Source: an uncultured Acidobacteriota bacterium
Lineage (GTDB): Bacteria; Acidobacteriota; Blastocatellia; Pyrinomonadales; Pyrinomonadaceae
Direction of reading: 5' to 3'
Length of the DNA stretch: 64,000 nucleotides
NCBI GenBank assembly: GCA_963790745.1
Contig: CAWBPY010000001.1
Location: 91,925 to 155,924 of the forward strand
Shown here: one piece after another, positions 9,331 through 20,745 of the stretch
Layout of the letters: each line of letters starts with the position of its first letter
How positions within the stretch are numbered: position 1 is the stretch's first letter
Position numbers and translations under genes: made by a program
The notes under the pieces: model-generated
The model's input: only the letters and a program-made list of their open reading frames with translations
Databases searched by the model: none
Told to the model about the DNA's origin: nothing

Positions 9331-10275
9331 TTGGTTACCTTGAGGTCCGGAGTAGTGAGCAAAGCTAAACTTGCTATCGCTCTAAGTGCTCTCAGTGTTG
9401 CAATAGTTGCATGGGCGGTTCCTATCAAGGGAATCGCCCATCAACGTGTTGAGCCGCTGAGAGCCGCCGATGTTGTCGCGCCGATTCGCTTGCGTGACGA
9501 ACGCGGGCGCGGTTTGGTGGCGCAGGGATGGATTAACGGCAGCGGGCCTTTCGTCTTTGTGATTGACACGGGCGCCGGTGTCTCGCTGATCAATCGTAAC
9601 GTTGTCGATCGTGCACGACTCTCAGTCGCCAAATCGCGGCGATCATTGGTCGGCGGATTCAGCACGTCGCCTATATCTTCAAATCAGGAATCTCGAGTTT
9701 CCAGTCTCGCACTCGGCAGGCCAGGGAATAATGTTCCCGGAAGCTTTACGGCAGCCGTCGTAACCAGTTTGCCGGGCGGGATTGATGGAGTGTTGGATCC
9801 TACCGATGTATTTCGTCCTTACGGGTATTCAGTTGATTTGCCGAACAATGAATTGCGCGTGTTTGACACGACTGCATATCGCCTGAGCGTGACGGATGTA
9901 CCGAAGGATGGTGCGGTTGTTCGGTGGGTGCGCGAGGCTGGCAGTGATAGACCGTTTGTCAAACTGAGCGACGGACGGCTGGCGTTAGTCGACACGGGTT
10001 CCACGTTAGGACTGGCGCTTAACCAGGGTGGCCGTGCAACAAGTTCTAATCACGGCATCAGTCACGACCTTGGCGGTGGAACATTTCAATCGCGAAGAAT
10101 CGAACCACAGACGGTGAGCATTGGCGCTCTCGTTCTCAACCGTGTGCCAACAGACTTGTTGACTGGAGTCGCGCCCGGAACACCCATCATCCTCGGCCGC
10201 GGCGCCCTCTTCCCATTCAAGATCACCTTCGATCCCGCTTCAAAACTGATCGCGTTCGAACCCACAGAACAGTAA
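9331..10275 (+). CDS. retropepsin-like aspartic protease domain protein (secreted)
   Basis: 314 aa; signal peptide and two D(T/S)G-type motifs (VFVIDTGAGVSLI, LVDTGSTLGLAL). Start is uncertain (TTG 9331 or GTG 9355). Confidence 0.5.
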   Translation: MVTLRSGVVSKAKLAIALSALSVAIVAWAVPIKGIAHQRVEPLRAADVVAPIRLRDERGRGLVAQGWINGSGPFVFVIDTGAGVSLINRNVVDRARLSVAKSRRSLVGGFSTSPISSNQESRVSSLALGRPGNNVPGSFTAAVVTSLPGGIDGVLDPTDVFRPYGYSVDLPNNELRVFDTTAYRLSVTDVPKDGAVVRWVREAGSDRPFVKLSDGRLALVDTGSTLGLALNQGGRATSSNHGISHDLGGGTFQSRRIEPQTVSIGALVLNRVPTDLLTGVAPGTPIILGRGALFPFKITFDPASKLIAFEPTEQ

Positions 10276-10304
10276 ATTTTGTGCTTCTTGTGCCTTTTTG
10301 TGGC
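10276..10304. repeat. repeat family B copy
   Basis: ATTTTGTGCTTCTTGTGCCTTTTTGTGGC lies between convergent genes. Confidence 0.7.
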
Positions 10305-11836
10305 TAAAGAGGAATGTTGCCGTGCTTACGTGGCGGATTGGTGTCGCGTTTGTTTTCGAGTAGTGAAAGGGCGCGGATGAGTTTTGGACGCGTGTGAGCA
10401 GGTTCAATTACTTCGTCGACAAAGCCGCGTTCGGCTGCGATGTAGGGGTTTGCAAACTTGTCTTGGAGTTCAGCGATTTTGGCCGTGCGCGCGGACTCTT
10501 TGTCCTGTGCTTCGTTAAGCTCGCGGCGATAGAGAATACCCACCGCTCCTTCTGCCCCCATCACCGCGATCTCTGCTGACGGCCACGCGAAGTTCACGTC
10601 GGTGCGAATGTGTTTTGAGGCCATCACGCAGTAGGCTCCACCGTAAGCTTTACGCGTGATCACAGTGACCTTCGGCACAGTCGCTTCGGCAAACGCGTAA
10701 AGCAGTTTCGCGCCGTGAGTGATGATCCCGCCGTGCTCCTGCGACACGCCCGGCAGAAAACCAGGCACGTCCTCGAAAGTAATCAAAGGAATATTGAAGC
10801 AGTCGCAGAAGCGAACAAACCGCGCGCCTTTCACCGACGCGGCGATATCCAGAACGCCCGCGAGAAATGCCGGCTGGTTTGCAACGATTCCGACTGATCT
10901 CCCACCAAGTCGGGCAAAGCCCACACAAATATTCGGCGCAAACATCTGCTGGACTTCAAAAAAGTAACCGTCGTCAACAACTGAGTTAATAACGTCTCGA
11001 ATATCGTATGGCTGATTCGAAGCTTCCGGAACAATCTCGTTGAGCTTTGGATCGACTCGATCGACCGGATCGCTCACTTCCAACCGGGGAGGATCCTCCA
11101 GATTGTTAGAAGGCAAAAAAGAGAACAGCTCACGCACGATTCGCAGCGCATGCTCGTCCGAGTCAGCCGCGAAATGCGCGACTCCCGAAACACTGTTGTG
11201 AGTGACAGCTCCACCCAACGCCTCTTTCGTAACTTCCTCGTGCGTCACAGTCTTGATCACGTCCGGTCCGGTAATGAACATGTACGACGTGTCCTTGACC
11301 ATGATGTTGAAATCAGTAATTGCGGGACTGTACACAGCGCCGCCCGCACACGGACCCATGATGCAACTGATCTGCGGCACCACTCCGCTCGCGAGTGTGT
11401 TGCGCAGAAAAATGTCTGCATAGCCGCCGAGACTAACAACGCCTTCCTGAATGCGCGCTCCGCCTGAGTCGTTCAGACCAATAATCGGAGCGCCGACCTT
11501 CATCGCCAGGTCCATCACCTTGCAAATCTTTTCCGCAAAAGTTTCGGAGAGGGAACCGCCAAAGACAGTAAAGTCCTGCGCAAAGACGAACACGTTCCGG
11601 CCGTCGATCAAACCATGGCCCGTGACAACGCCGTCTCCGGGATAGAGTTGTTTATCGAGCCCGAAGTCTTTCGAGCGATGGACCACGAGCTTGTCAAACT
11701 CTTCAAACGAGCCCTCATCGAGCAGAAATTCGATCCGCTCACGCGCAGTCATCTTTCCTGCTTCGTGTTGTTTCTCAACGCGAGCGGCGCCGCCACCCTG
11801 TTCGGCCTGAAGGCTTCGCTCGCGGAGTGTCTCCAA
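10304..11836 (-). CDS. acyl-CoA carboxylase carboxyltransferase (beta) subunit, PccB/MmdA type
   Basis: 510 aa; carboxyl-transferase domain pattern ([50 protein letters not shown]). Confidence 0.88.
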   Translation of the reverse strand: METLRERSLQAEQGGGAARVEKQHEAGKMTARERIEFLLDEGSFEEFDKLVVHRSKDFGLDKQLYPGDGVVTGHGLIDGRNVFVFAQDFTVFGGSLSETFAEKICKVMDLAMKVGAPIIGLNDSGGARIQEGVVSLGGYADIFLRNTLASGVVPQISCIMGPCAGGAVYSPAITDFNIMVKDTSYMFITGPDVIKTVTHEEVTKEALGGAVTHNSVSGVAHFAADSDEHALRIVRELFSFLPSNNLEDPPRLEVSDPVDRVDPKLNEIVPEASNQPYDIRDVINSVVDDGYFFEVQQMFAPNICVGFARLGGRSVGIVANQPAFLAGVLDIAASVKGARFVRFCDCFNIPLITFEDVPGFLPGVSQEHGGIITHGAKLLYAFAEATVPKVTVITRKAYGGAYCVMASKHIRTDVNFAWPSAEIAVMGAEGAVGILYRRELNEAQDKESARTAKIAELQDKFANPYIAAERGFVDEVIEPAHTRPKLIRALSLLENKRDTNPPRKHGNIPL

Positions 11837-11877
11837 TTTGGACTACGGCTTGTTTCGGTTGCTGTTTTGAGGCCATA

Positions 11878-12396
11878 TTATTCGTTGAAGGGAAACGCTC
11901 GCGATTCGATTAATTCGATCACTTCCGTCAGAGCCTGGCGCGCATTTACCTGGACATCGTTTGGATAATCATACCGTGCAGCGTTTTCTTCAAAGTCTTC
12001 GACGTCCAGAATCTTGTAAGTGAGGTCGGGAGCAACTAACACATCAATGTCGAGATCGATGTAACTCAACACGCGCCCGTCGAACGACGGCGGCTGGTTG
12101 ATGTTGCAGTAAAAGTTCTTCAACTTGCCGTTTGGATCGCTGAAGCGGAAGACGTTGTACCAGCGATCCAGCCAGTAATACTCGGTGCTGATCGTTCCCA
12201 GTGAAATCGTGCCGAGTAGATCGTGTTCGATCTCTTCCTCAAAGACCGCATCCAGCACCAGGAGCGATCCTTCGATCTTTGCTATTCGAGCCGGCCAGCG
12301 ACGATGCTCAACGCCGTCGTACTTGTAAACGCTGACAACAATTCCCGCCGCGCTAACGTCTCCCACACTATTTTCTACCGCGCTATTTTCTACCAC
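11878..12396 (-). CDS. DUF402 family protein (nucleoside di/triphosphatase-like)
   Basis: 172 aa; [26 protein letters not shown]. Overlaps the upstream gene by 14 nt. Confidence 0.55.
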   Translation of the reverse strand: MVENSAVENSVGDVSAAGIVVSVYKYDGVEHRRWPARIAKIEGSLLVLDAVFEEEIEHDLLGTISLGTISTEYYWLDRWYNVFRFSDPNGKLKNFYCNINQPPSFDGRVLSYIDLDIDVLVAPDLTYKILDVEDFEENAARYDYPNDVQVNARQALTEVIELIESRAFPFNE

Positions 12397-13033
12397 TCTT
12401 GGCCCAGTCAGCCAGAAATTGCGCCTGACCCTTGTCCGTCAGAGGATGATTGAATAGTTGATCGATCACCTTGAACGGCATGGTGGCGATGTCTGCGCCC
12501 ATGCGTGCGGCCTCGATCACGTGAATCGGGTGACGCAAACTCGCCGCGAGCACTTCTGTCTTCCAACTGTAGTTCTGATAAATCTCAATGATGTTCTGCA
12601 ACAGGATGAGCCCGTTTTCGCCAATGTCATCGAGGCGCCCGATGAATGGACTGATAAACGCTGCGCCCGCCTTCGCGGCAACAATCGCCTGCGCCGCCGA
12701 GAAACAGAGAGTGACGTTTACTTTGATTCCTTCGTCCGTCAATTGACGTGTTGCTTTAAGGCCATCGCGAGTCAGCGGGCACTTTATGACGACGTTCGGT
12801 GCAATCTTCGCATACTCGCGTCCTTCACGAAGCATGCCGTCTTTATCCTGGCTCGTCACTTCAGCCGAAACCGGCCCCTGAACAATTTCGCAGATCGCGG
12901 CGATGTGTTGTTTGAAGTCGACATCGCCTTCCTTTGAGATGAGCGTTGGGTTAGTTGTCACTCCATCAGCAAGTCCTAACGCTGCTCCTTCGCGAATCTC
13001 GTTGAGATTGGCGGTATCAAGAAAGAATTTCAT
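12383..13033 (-). CDS. tal: transaldolase type 3B / fructose-6-phosphate aldolase
   Basis: 216 aa; [41 protein letters not shown]. Confidence 0.85.
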   Translation of the reverse strand: MKFFLDTANLNEIREGAALGLADGVTTNPTLISKEGDVDFKQHIAAICEIVQGPVSAEVTSQDKDGMLREGREYAKIAPNVVIKCPLTRDGLKATRQLTDEGIKVNVTLCFSAAQAIVAAKAGAAFISPFIGRLDDIGENGLILLQNIIEIYQNYSWKTEVLAASLRHPIHVIEAARMGADIATMPFKVIDQLFNHPLTDKGQAQFLADWAKSGRK

Positions 13034-13809
13034 AACAAGACTCCTATCCTATTTCGGAGAATCCCTATACCCGTCACTTCTACTTCCACCGTATCACCGG
13101 GCTTCATGCGAGAGACGCCCGCGGGCGTTCCGGTCGCAATCAGGTCGCCGGGATACAGTGTCATGATCTCAGAGATGTACCTTATAAGAAAGGCGACAGG
13201 AAATGCCATGTCAGCCGTGTTACCTTTTTGTTTTACTTCACCGTTTAGACGGGTTTGGACGGTAACGCTGCTGGGATCGATTTCAGTCTCGATCCACGGA
13301 CCTACAGGACAGAACGTGTCGAACGACTTACCACGTGTGAACTGGACGTCTTTGCGCTGCAAATCGCGTGCGGTCACGTCGTTCAGACACGTGTAGCCAA
13401 ACACATAGCTGAGCGGATCGTCATTCTCGGGAATCTTGTGCGCGAGGCGTCCGATTACGACACCGAGTTCGCCTTCATGTTCAACCTGCTGCGATGCGGC
13501 GGGCAGTTCGATCTCATCGCCCGAAGCGATCACGGCCGATGGTGCCTTGAGAAAGAGGAGCGGTTCATCCGGCATCTTGTTTCCGAGTTCTGCCGCATGC
13601 TCGCGATAGTTCCGGCCGACACAAACGATCTTTGAGGGCGCAACCGGCGCGAGCAGTTTCACTTCAGCCAGATCAAACGCCGCATCTTCGTCAAAACGCT
13701 CGATGTGCTCGAAGCTGTAGTCTGCGGGTAGCGGGTGAACTTTAGAATCCTTCAATACCGCATAACGCGCCTTTGGAAGACTGTCATGTGCAACGCGACA
13801 AAGTTTCAT
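13030..13809 (-). CDS. fumarylacetoacetate hydrolase (FAH) family protein
   Basis: 259 aa; [43 protein letters not shown]. Confidence 0.85.
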   Translation of the reverse strand: MKLCRVAHDSLPKARYAVLKDSKVHPLPADYSFEHIERFDEDAAFDLAEVKLLAPVAPSKIVCVGRNYREHAAELGNKMPDEPLLFLKAPSAVIASGDEIELPAASQQVEHEGELGVVIGRLAHKIPENDDPLSYVFGYTCLNDVTARDLQRKDVQFTRGKSFDTFCPVGPWIETEIDPSSVTVQTRLNGEVKQKGNTADMAFPVAFLIRYISEIMTLYPGDLIATGTPAGVSRMKPGDTVEVEVTGIGILRNRIGVLL

Positions 13810-13834
13810 GGTTTAAGCCGCATTCAGCGAGGTT

Positions 13835-14965
13835 CTATGGTGCCTTCTCCGAGCCGACTTCAGAGGGGTGACTGACGTTTCCGGCTTTATCGACCGCAGT
13901 TATGTAGTAGTAATAAGTCTTACCCGGTTCAACTTTGTCGTCCTGATAAGTCGTGCGTGTCAGCAGTGTCTGATTCAGCTTCGTCCAATTCTGCTTTGGT
14001 AGATCCGGATCGGTCGAACGATAAATATTGTAGCCGGCGATATCCGTTTCCTTGTTTGCAGCAAAGAAGATCGCCAGCCGCGCCGATGAGGGCTCGGGCG
14101 CTGCAACACTGGGACGCTCCGGCGCTGCCGGTGGAAATGTATCTAAAGGTGAAACTGAAACGGCGTTCGAGTTGAGACTCTCAACCTGTGCGCCACCAGT
14201 TCCGAGTGAAACTGCACGAACAACGTACCGATAGTTATTGCCGAACTGAAAACTCTTGTCGGCATATTCGGTGGCAGAGATGGGCGCGGAATTGAGCGGC
14301 TGATTCGCCGGTTCAGTTTGCGACTCATCAGTGCGATAGACGTTGTAGCCAAGCAGATTCACCGGGGTTGAGTTATCGATGTTGGCGGCCGGTGGCTGCC
14401 AGGAAATCGTAATCGAATCCTCGAGCACTTTTGCGGGTGACACGAGCGTGGGCGCCTGTGCGATACGCGCAGCGGGCTCAATACTCAGGAAGTTTGAAAA
14501 AGCTGCACGTTGACCAGATGCATTGACGTACCGAATTGCATAACGCAGGCGGGTCGGCTGTCCTCCGAGTTCGAGGACGTCTCTGTACGTGAGGGTATCG
14601 CCAGCAGTTTGTATCTGCTCAAAAGTGACAGAACCAACAACCGTAGCTCGCGCTGAGAATTCGTCTTCTGTCAGAGCGAGCGGCGCACCGGGTTTTTCCG
14701 CCAGCCGGTAGACGTCGATACGTCTGATGCTCTGCACGCTACTGTCCGGCGCGTTTCGTTGCGGCGCAGGCCAACTGAGTATTACCTCGTTACCTTGTTG
14801 CGCGCCGGAAAGAAACTCTGTGCGTTGCTGGACGCGCTCAACCGGCGGCAGAGGAGGCCGTCGTTTTCCGCATCCACCCAGAAAGATCAAACAGAGAACT
14901 ATCCACAGATTACACAGAAGAGTAATCGGTGAAATCTGTGGATGGGTTGGTCCACGTTTTGTCAC
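13835..14965 (-). CDS. hypothetical lipoprotein with fibronectin-III-like repeats
   Basis: 376 aa, GTG start, lipobox-like IFLGGC, repeated YNVYR/YNIYR beta-sandwich-like units. The N-terminus is encoded by repeat family D. Confidence 0.45.
   Translation of the reverse strand: MTKRGPTHPQISPITLLCNLWIVLCLIFLGGCGKRRPPLPPVERVQQRTEFLSGAQQGNEVILSWPAPQRNAPDSSVQSIRRIDVYRLAEKPGAPLALTEDEFSARATVVGSVTFEQIQTAGDTLTYRDVLELGGQPTRLRYAIRYVNASGQRAAFSNFLSIEPAARIAQAPTLVSPAKVLEDSITISWQPPAANIDNSTPVNLLGYNVYRTDESQTEPANQPLNSAPISATEYADKSFQFGNNYRYVVRAVSLGTGGAQVESLNSNAVSVSPLDTFPPAAPERPSVAAPEPSSARLAIFFAANKETDIAGYNIYRSTDPDLPKQNWTKLNQTLLTRTTYQDDKVEPGKTYYYYITAVDKAGNVSHPSEVGSEKAP
14901..14943. repeat. short palindromic repeat family D (ATCCACAGATTAC)
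   Basis: ATCCACAGATTAC (14901-14913) faces GAAATCTGTGGAT (14931-14943). A second copy is at 30840-30889. Confidence 0.75.
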
Positions 14966-16389
14966 AGAATGTATCGACTGAGGTCCTGATCCTTGACTGT
15001 CTCCGCGAGCATTCCCGACACGTATGCAGCATCAATGCGCTGCTGCTTTGGTTCCAAATCAGGCCCTTCGAAACTGATCTCCTCGAGCAGCTTCTCCATA
15101 ATCGTCTGCAAACGCCGCGCGCCGATGTCTTCGGTTTGTTGATTCACCTGTGCCGCGTAGTTCGCAATCGAATCGATCGCATCAGAAGTGAATTCAATGC
15201 TGACACCCTCGGTCTCCATCATCGCCTGGTACTGTTTGATCAGCGCGTTACGAGGCTCAGTCAGAATGCGTTTGAAATCCTCGATCGTGAGCGACTCCAG
15301 CTCAACGCGGATCGGAAAACGACCTTGCAGCTCCGGAATCAAGTCGGAAGGCTTTGATACGTGAAATGCGCCCGCTGCAATGAAGAGAATATGATCCGTG
15401 CGCACCATCCCGTAACGAGAGTTCACGGTAGTTCCTTCGACGATCGGCAGGATATCGCGTTGCACACCCTCACGCGAGACGTCCGGACCATGTCCCGATT
15501 CCCGTCCGGCAATCTTATCGATCTCGTCAAGAAAGATGATTCCCGAATTCTCGACTCGCTCGATAGCTGCGCGTGCAACCTGGTCCATATCGATGAGGCG
15601 CTCTTCCTCTTCCTGCATCAAATACTCCATCGCCTCGTCGACACGCATCTTTCGTCGCTTGGTGCGGCCTTGAAACAGATTGCCCAACATGTCTTTCATG
15701 TTGATGCCCATCTCTTCAACGCCTTGTGGACCAGCCAGTTCGATCACTGGGAAGTTTTTCTCTCTGACTTCGAGCTCAACTAAACGATTGTCGAGTTTGC
15801 CACTGCGCAGTTGTGTGCGAAGCTTTTCGCGCGATCGTTGAAACTGCTCGTCGCGTGTCGAAGTTTCAAGTTCGGTAGATGGTTCTTCAGTTGTATCGGA
15901 ATCGAAGTCGTAAAAATTCGACGAGGAACGCGGCGGCGGAAGCAGTAAATCGAGAATGCGCTCCTCGACGTTCAGCTCCGCCTTTTCAGCGACCTCTTCG
16001 CTTTTGTCCTGGCGCGTCATCTCAACCGATATCTCAGTGAGATCACGAATCATGCTCTCGACGTCGCGACCGACATAACCGACTTCAGTAAACTTCGAAG
16101 CTTCAACCTTCAGAAACGGCGAATTGGACATACGAGCGAGGCGTCGCGCGATCTCAGTCTTACCGACACCTGTCGAGCCGATCATGATGATGTTCTTTGG
16201 CATCACGTCAACCGCCATTTCGGGCGGCAACTTCTGCCGTCGCACACGATTTCGCAAAGCAACTGCAACTGCTCGTTTCGCGTTGCGCTGGCCCACAACG
16301 TGTTTATCGAGTTCAGTCACAATTTGGCGAGGCGTCATCTCATCGAGTTGTGCCTCTTCGTCTACTTCACCAGCTAGATAAATAACCAT
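14962..16389 (-). CDS. hslU: ATP-dependent protease ATPase subunit HslU
   Basis: 475 aa; [16 protein letters not shown], Walker [16 protein letters not shown], Walker [11 protein letters not shown]. Confidence 0.92.
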   Translation of the reverse strand: MVIYLAGEVDEEAQLDEMTPRQIVTELDKHVVGQRNAKRAVAVALRNRVRRQKLPPEMAVDVMPKNIIMIGSTGVGKTEIARRLARMSNSPFLKVEASKFTEVGYVGRDVESMIRDLTEISVEMTRQDKSEEVAEKAELNVEERILDLLLPPPRSSSNFYDFDSDTTEEPSTELETSTRDEQFQRSREKLRTQLRSGKLDNRLVELEVREKNFPVIELAGPQGVEEMGINMKDMLGNLFQGRTKRRKMRVDEAMEYLMQEEEERLIDMDQVARAAIERVENSGIIFLDEIDKIAGRESGHGPDVSREGVQRDILPIVEGTTVNSRYGMVRTDHILFIAAGAFHVSKPSDLIPELQGRFPIRVELESLTIEDFKRILTEPRNALIKQYQAMMETEGVSIEFTSDAIDSIANYAAQVNQQTEDIGARRLQTIMEKLLEEISFEGPDLEPKQQRIDAAYVSGMLAETVKDQDLSRYIL

Positions 16390-16408
16390 TGCGTATTACA
16401 GCTTTCTC

Positions 16409-16954
16409 TTAGAGCTCCTCAACTATGATGTTTTGATTCGAATAAATGCAAATCTCTCCGGCTATGCGAAGTGATTCCACTGCGATGTCACGAGCAGAAA
16501 GATCCGTGTTCTTGATTAGCGCACGAGCAGCAGCCAATGCGTAAGATCCACCCGATCCAATCGCCAGCACGCCCTCATCAGGCGCGATCACGTCGCCATT
16601 ACCGGACAGTAGAAATGAAGACTTTTTATCAGCAACAACTAACAGCGCTTCGAGATGGCGCAAAATCTTGTCAGTACGCCACTCTTTGCTGAGCTCAATC
16701 GCGGCTCGCTCGAGATTGCCGTGATATTGTTCGAGCTTGCTTTCGAACCGCGTCAAAAGCGCGAACGCGTCTCCGGTCGCACCGGCAAAACCCGCGACAA
16801 TCTGGTCGTTATAAAGGCGCCGCACCTTCCGGGCGCTGGCTTTCATGACGGTTTCACCCATCGTTACCTGCCCGTCTCCGGCAAGCGCCACGTTGGCGTC
16901 TTTCCTGACGAGCAGCACTGTAGTGCTACGAACCCGATTTGTTTTTTTCTGCAT
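16409..16954 (-). CDS. hslV: ATP-dependent protease subunit HslV (with an N-terminal extension)
   Basis: ORF 16409-16999; first ATG at 16954 gives [10 protein letters not shown] before the catalytic [17 protein letters not shown] and [14 protein letters not shown] are present. Confidence 0.88.
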   Translation of the reverse strand: MQKKTNRVRSTTVLLVRKDANVALAGDGQVTMGETVMKASARKVRRLYNDQIVAGFAGATGDAFALLTRFESKLEQYHGNLERAAIELSKEWRTDKILRHLEALLVVADKKSSFLLSGNGDVIAPDEGVLAIGSGGSYALAAARALIKNTDLSARDIAVESLRIAGEICIYSNQNIIVEEL

Positions 16955-17011
16955 GTTTCTTTGAACGAGACTATAGGAACTCGTTTCGAGGTAAGTCAAG
17001 GACGCCTTTTT

Positions 17012-17076
17012 GGAGTGCGGTGCCTTGGCACCGCTTTGTTAAAAAATACTAAAGCGCCAACAAGTTGGCGCACTCC
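17012..17076. repeat. repeat family C copy
   Basis: GGAGTGCGGTGCCTTGGCACCGC...GCGCCAACAAGTTGGCGCACTCC. Confidence 0.8.
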
Positions 17077-17110
17077 AAGGAGGCGCCCATATGAGTTATG
17101 ATAGCGGGCG

Positions 17111-17869
17111 ATGATGCAAAGAAGACCACGCATCGGAATCACGATGCGCATTGAACACACCACTGACCGGTTCTACCTGGGACGTCATTATAGCGAGGCA
17201 GTCGAGGCCGCTGGCGGCGCGCCGGTGCACATCAGTTTGATTCCGAACGCTGATTATATTGACTCAGTTCTAGAGGGACTCGACGGCATCCTGCTGCCTG
17301 GTAGTGACTCTGACGTCGACCCGTTGCGTTATGGGCAACAGCCCCATCCGGCGCTGGGAACGGTGCAAACGATTAAGGATGAGACGGACCTACTCGTTAT
17401 CAAGGCCGCTGAGAGGAAGGGAATACCGCTGTTCGCGATCTGTTTCGGGATGCAGATACTGAATGTATCTCGTGGAGGATCGTTGATTCAGGATATTGGC
17501 TCGCAGGTCCCTGATGCCATCAAGCATGAACAGGGAGCACCTCGTGATCGTCCGTCGCATCGGATCAAGATGCTGGAAACGAGTAAGCTGTCGGAGATTG
17601 CCGGTTCGGTTGATGCTGTCGTCAACAGCCATCATCATCAGGCTATCGAAGCACTCGGCGCGGATCTGATCGCGACGGCATGGACCACCGATGGCATCAT
17701 CGAGGCCGTAGAAGATCCACGACCGGAGCGATTTATTTTGGCAGTGCAATGGCACCCAGAGCTTGGCTGGGAAAAGGATCTGCTGTCTCAACGCTTATTC
17801 CGAGTTTTTGTAGACGAAGCCGCCAACGTGCGGGAAGCAGATCTCGCTTCAGTCTCCACACCTGCATGA
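17111..17869 (+). CDS. peptidase C26 / gamma-glutamyl-gamma-aminobutyrate hydrolase family amidotransferase
   Basis: 252 aa; nucleophile elbow FAICFGMQILN, then HHQA and QWHPE. Confidence 0.8.
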   Translation: MMQRRPRIGITMRIEHTTDRFYLGRHYSEAVEAAGGAPVHISLIPNADYIDSVLEGLDGILLPGSDSDVDPLRYGQQPHPALGTVQTIKDETDLLVIKAAERKGIPLFAICFGMQILNVSRGGSLIQDIGSQVPDAIKHEQGAPRDRPSHRIKMLETSKLSEIAGSVDAVVNSHHHQAIEALGADLIATAWTTDGIIEAVEDPRPERFILAVQWHPELGWEKDLLSQRLFRVFVDEAANVREADLASVSTPA

Positions 17870-18645
17870 ATCCGTCGACGATAAGGAACCTCGGGCTCGC
17901 TGGTCGTGTCGCGATCGTGACTGGCGGCTCGCGTGGCATCGGAAAAGCCGTTGTCTCAATGCTCGCTTCTTACGGCACTCACGTCGTCGTCAATTACGTC
18001 AAAGATGAAGCTGCGGCATCAGCAGCCGTAAACCTGGCGCAAATCCACAACGTAAAAGCTGTTGGGATTCAGGCAGACGTTTCAAAGCTGAGCGACGCTG
18101 AACGGCTACTTCAAGAAACAGTTGAGCATTTCGGGCGCATCGACTTTTTGATTTGTAATGCGGGTATTTGGGAAGGCGCGCCGGTAGAGTTGATCTCAGA
18201 AGAGCTCTGGGACAAGACGCTAGACATTAATTTAAAGGGGACATGGTCGGTTTGTCGTGCCGCGGTTCCGATCATGAAGGAACAACGATTCGGTCGGATT
18301 GTCATCGTCAGTTCCACAGCAGGGCAGCGTGGCGAAGCTAATGTTTCGAACTACGCAGCATCTAAGGGCGGTCAGATCTCCTTTACAAAGTCGCTGGCGC
18401 CGGAGCTGGGACCGTTTGGTATTAACGTTAACTGTGTCGCGCCCGGGTGGGTTGAAACAGAAATGACGACGAACGCACTTGCAGACGCCGCTCAACACGA
18501 GTCGATTGTCAAAGGTATTCCGTTAGGTAAAGTCGGGACACCCGAAGACATTGCAGGAGCGATCGTCTTTTTGTGTAGCGACTGGGCGAGCCACATCACG
18601 GGCGAAGTGCTCAACGTTAATGGCGGATCGGTTTTGTGTGGTTAG
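17866..18645 (+). CDS. short-chain dehydrogenase/reductase (FabG-like)
   Basis: ATG at 17866 overlaps the upstream TGA (ATGA). TGGSRGIGKA, NAG and YAASKGG (YxxxK) are present. The longer ORF from 17680 is an upstream extension. Confidence 0.85.
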   Translation: MNPSTIRNLGLAGRVAIVTGGSRGIGKAVVSMLASYGTHVVVNYVKDEAAASAAVNLAQIHNVKAVGIQADVSKLSDAERLLQETVEHFGRIDFLICNAGIWEGAPVELISEELWDKTLDINLKGTWSVCRAAVPIMKEQRFGRIVIVSSTAGQRGEANVSNYAASKGGQISFTKSLAPELGPFGINVNCVAPGWVETEMTTNALADAAQHESIVKGIPLGKVGTPEDIAGAIVFLCSDWASHITGEVLNVNGGSVLCG

Positions 18646-18670
18646 GGTTGTGTTTAAGAAACACATCTTT

Positions 18671-18779
18671 ACTTGGATACAGTCAGTACCGTCCGCGGAT
18701 GGGTGCGCAGCCTTTGGATCCCGAGCGCGTCTACGACGTACCCATCCGCTACCGGGGACGGTACTGACTATATCCAAGT
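18671..18779. repeat. long hairpin repeat family E (CTTGGATACAGTCAGTACCGTCC)
   Basis: 18671-18704 and 18740-18779 are inverted copies forming a hairpin of about 110 nt. A partial copy lies at 34780-34823. Confidence 0.8.
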
Positions 18780-18799
18780 AGGAGCAGGAGAATTCAAGT

Positions 18800-20020
18800 A
18801 TGACTTTAACTCTGGAACGCGAAGCAACGTCGTCGAAGAAACAAGTCCAACACGTCGAGCTCGGACTTGAGAGATTACTTGAAGAAGGTCATCCAGCACT
18901 TCAAGGCGCACGTGTTGGACTGATCTGCAATCAGGCATCAGTCGATCATTCCTATCGTCACGCTGCGGATCTGATCCACGATCACCAGGACATCCAACTG
19001 CGTGCTTTGTTTGGTCCACAGCACGGAATTCGCGGCGACGTTCAGGACAACATGATCGAAACAGGTCATGGCGTCGATCGCAAAACCGGACTGCCGGTCC
19101 ATTCGCTCTACAGCGAAACTCGTGAGCCTACGGACGCAATGCTCCAGGACATCGATGTCCTCCTGTTTGACATGCAGGACGTTGGCTGCCGGATTTATAC
19201 GTTTGTTTACACGCTTGCCAACTGCATGCGAGCTGCGCGTCGACTCGGAAAGAAAGTCGTTGTTTGCGATCGGCCCAATCCAATTAACGGCGTGAGTATC
19301 GCGGGAAATATTCTCGAACCCGAGTACGCGTCGTTTGTAGGTCAGTTTCCATTGCCTACTCGTCACGGCATGACGGTCGCCGAACTCGCACGAATGTTCA
19401 ATGATCACTTTCAAATCGGCTGCGATCTAGAAGTGATTCCGATGCATGGCTGGAAGCGAGAGCATTGGCACGACGATACAGATGCGCCGTGGGTGCTGCC
19501 TTCTCCAAACATCCCAACACTCGACTCAGCGACAGTATTTCCGGGCACGGTCCACTTTGAAGGCACACAGGTTTCAGAAGGCAGAGGAACCACACGGCCA
19601 TTCGAACTGATTGGTGCGCCATACATCGATCCGGATGCTTATGCCGATCGACTGAACGCACTCGGAATGGCGGGCGTGTTTTTCAGAAGCTGTGCATTCC
19701 AACCGACATTTCAGAAGCATGGGGGCGTGACATGCGGTGGCGTTCAGATTCATGTTCTCGATCGGAATACTTTCGAGCCATGGTTTGCCGGAATTGCAAT
19801 GGCAAAGTTTGCGCATGACATGTACCCGAATGAGTTTCGCTGGAAAGTTCCGCCGTACGAATACGTCTACGACAAGAATCCGTTTGACGTGATCAGCGGA
19901 ACCGCAAAGATCAGAGAGGCGTTTGAGAAGGGAACCGAGCTCGACGCGATTCGAGAGTGGACCGAGAAACCACTTGAAGAGTTTAAAGAACTACGTGAAC
20001 CGTTCCTGCTCTATCGATAA
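18800..20020 (+). CDS. DUF1343 family protein (exo-beta-N-acetylmuramidase NamZ-like)
   Basis: 406 aa; pattern typical of DUF1343 (GLICNQASV, LFGPQHGIRGD, DMQDVGCRIYTF, CDRPNP). Confidence 0.7.
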   Translation: MTLTLEREATSSKKQVQHVELGLERLLEEGHPALQGARVGLICNQASVDHSYRHAADLIHDHQDIQLRALFGPQHGIRGDVQDNMIETGHGVDRKTGLPVHSLYSETREPTDAMLQDIDVLLFDMQDVGCRIYTFVYTLANCMRAARRLGKKVVVCDRPNPINGVSIAGNILEPEYASFVGQFPLPTRHGMTVAELARMFNDHFQIGCDLEVIPMHGWKREHWHDDTDAPWVLPSPNIPTLDSATVFPGTVHFEGTQVSEGRGTTRPFELIGAPYIDPDAYADRLNALGMAGVFFRSCAFQPTFQKHGGVTCGGVQIHVLDRNTFEPWFAGIAMAKFAHDMYPNEFRWKVPPYEYVYDKNPFDVISGTAKIREAFEKGTELDAIREWTEKPLEEFKELREPFLLYR

Positions 20021-20148
20021 CGAGTTAACGTGAGATGTTAAAGGTCGGCTGGCCGACCGCTAATGTGAACTGTTAAGACTGCCTTTGCGCAGGAATTCTT
20101 ATTGATGTAAAACCTTAATCATCTACTCGAGCAATTGGAGGGATTCAT

Positions 20149-20571
20149 TTGGTAAAAGCTGAACGCGTGCAGGTCGAAGAAGCACCCGGCACTGCATGGT
20201 TAACTGGATTGGCAGCCTGGTTTATTCCGGGCCTCGGTCACGTAATCCTCAAAAGATGGTTTCGCGCGCTCTTGATGGGCGGCGCAGTTTGGGTCTGTTT
20301 CTTTCTTGGCCTCGCGATGGGCGGCCACCTCTTCGATCTCACAAACGAAGGTTCATGGGTGCTCCTTCAAGTTCCGCCAATGATTGCGAACCTTGGCCAG
20401 GGCGCACTTTTTATCGTTTCGTGGATAATCGACTACGGCTTCGCGGATGATCCAGTTCGAGCTGCACGCGCCACCTACGAATACGGCAACACTTTTCTAC
20501 TGATAGGTGGTCTCCTCAACTATTTGAACATGCTCGACGCATTCGATATCGCCGCAGGGAGGAAGCCTTGA
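20149..20571 (+). CDS. hypothetical multi-pass membrane protein
   Basis: 140 aa, TTG start, several hydrophobic helices (WFIPGLGHVILKRW...). Confidence 0.45.
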   Translation: MVKAERVQVEEAPGTAWLTGLAAWFIPGLGHVILKRWFRALLMGGAVWVCFFLGLAMGGHLFDLTNEGSWVLLQVPPMIANLGQGALFIVSWIIDYGFADDPVRAARATYEYGNTFLLIGGLLNYLNMLDAFDIAAGRKP

Positions 20572-20735
20572 GACACTTCCTCGTAATGGCCTTGTTTGCG
20601 GCTCTTGCTTCAATCATTTTTGGGGCGATGGCGAAAGATGATACGCGTGAGCGGTTGATCTACGGACTTAAAGTCTTTGCTGAGTTCATGGTGATTGGAC
20701 TGGTGCTGAGCTGGGTCCTTTACTTCATCCCGTGA
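20568..20735 (+). CDS. possible small membrane protein (55 aa, below the ORF-track cutoff)
   Basis: TTG at 20568 overlaps the upstream TGA (TTGA). Reads LRHFLVMALFAALASIIFGAMAKDDTRERLIYGLKVFAEFMVIGLVLSWVLYFIP, TGA at 20733-20735. Confidence 0.3.
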   Translation: MRHFLVMALFAALASIIFGAMAKDDTRERLIYGLKVFAEFMVIGLVLSWVLYFIP

Positions 20736-20745
20736 CGCTACAGAG

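Noticed and set aside
17680-17865. N-terminal 62-codon extension of the SDR gene
   Set aside because: It overlaps the amidotransferase gene in another frame. The SDR Rossmann motif starts right after the ATG at 17866, which overlaps the upstream stop.
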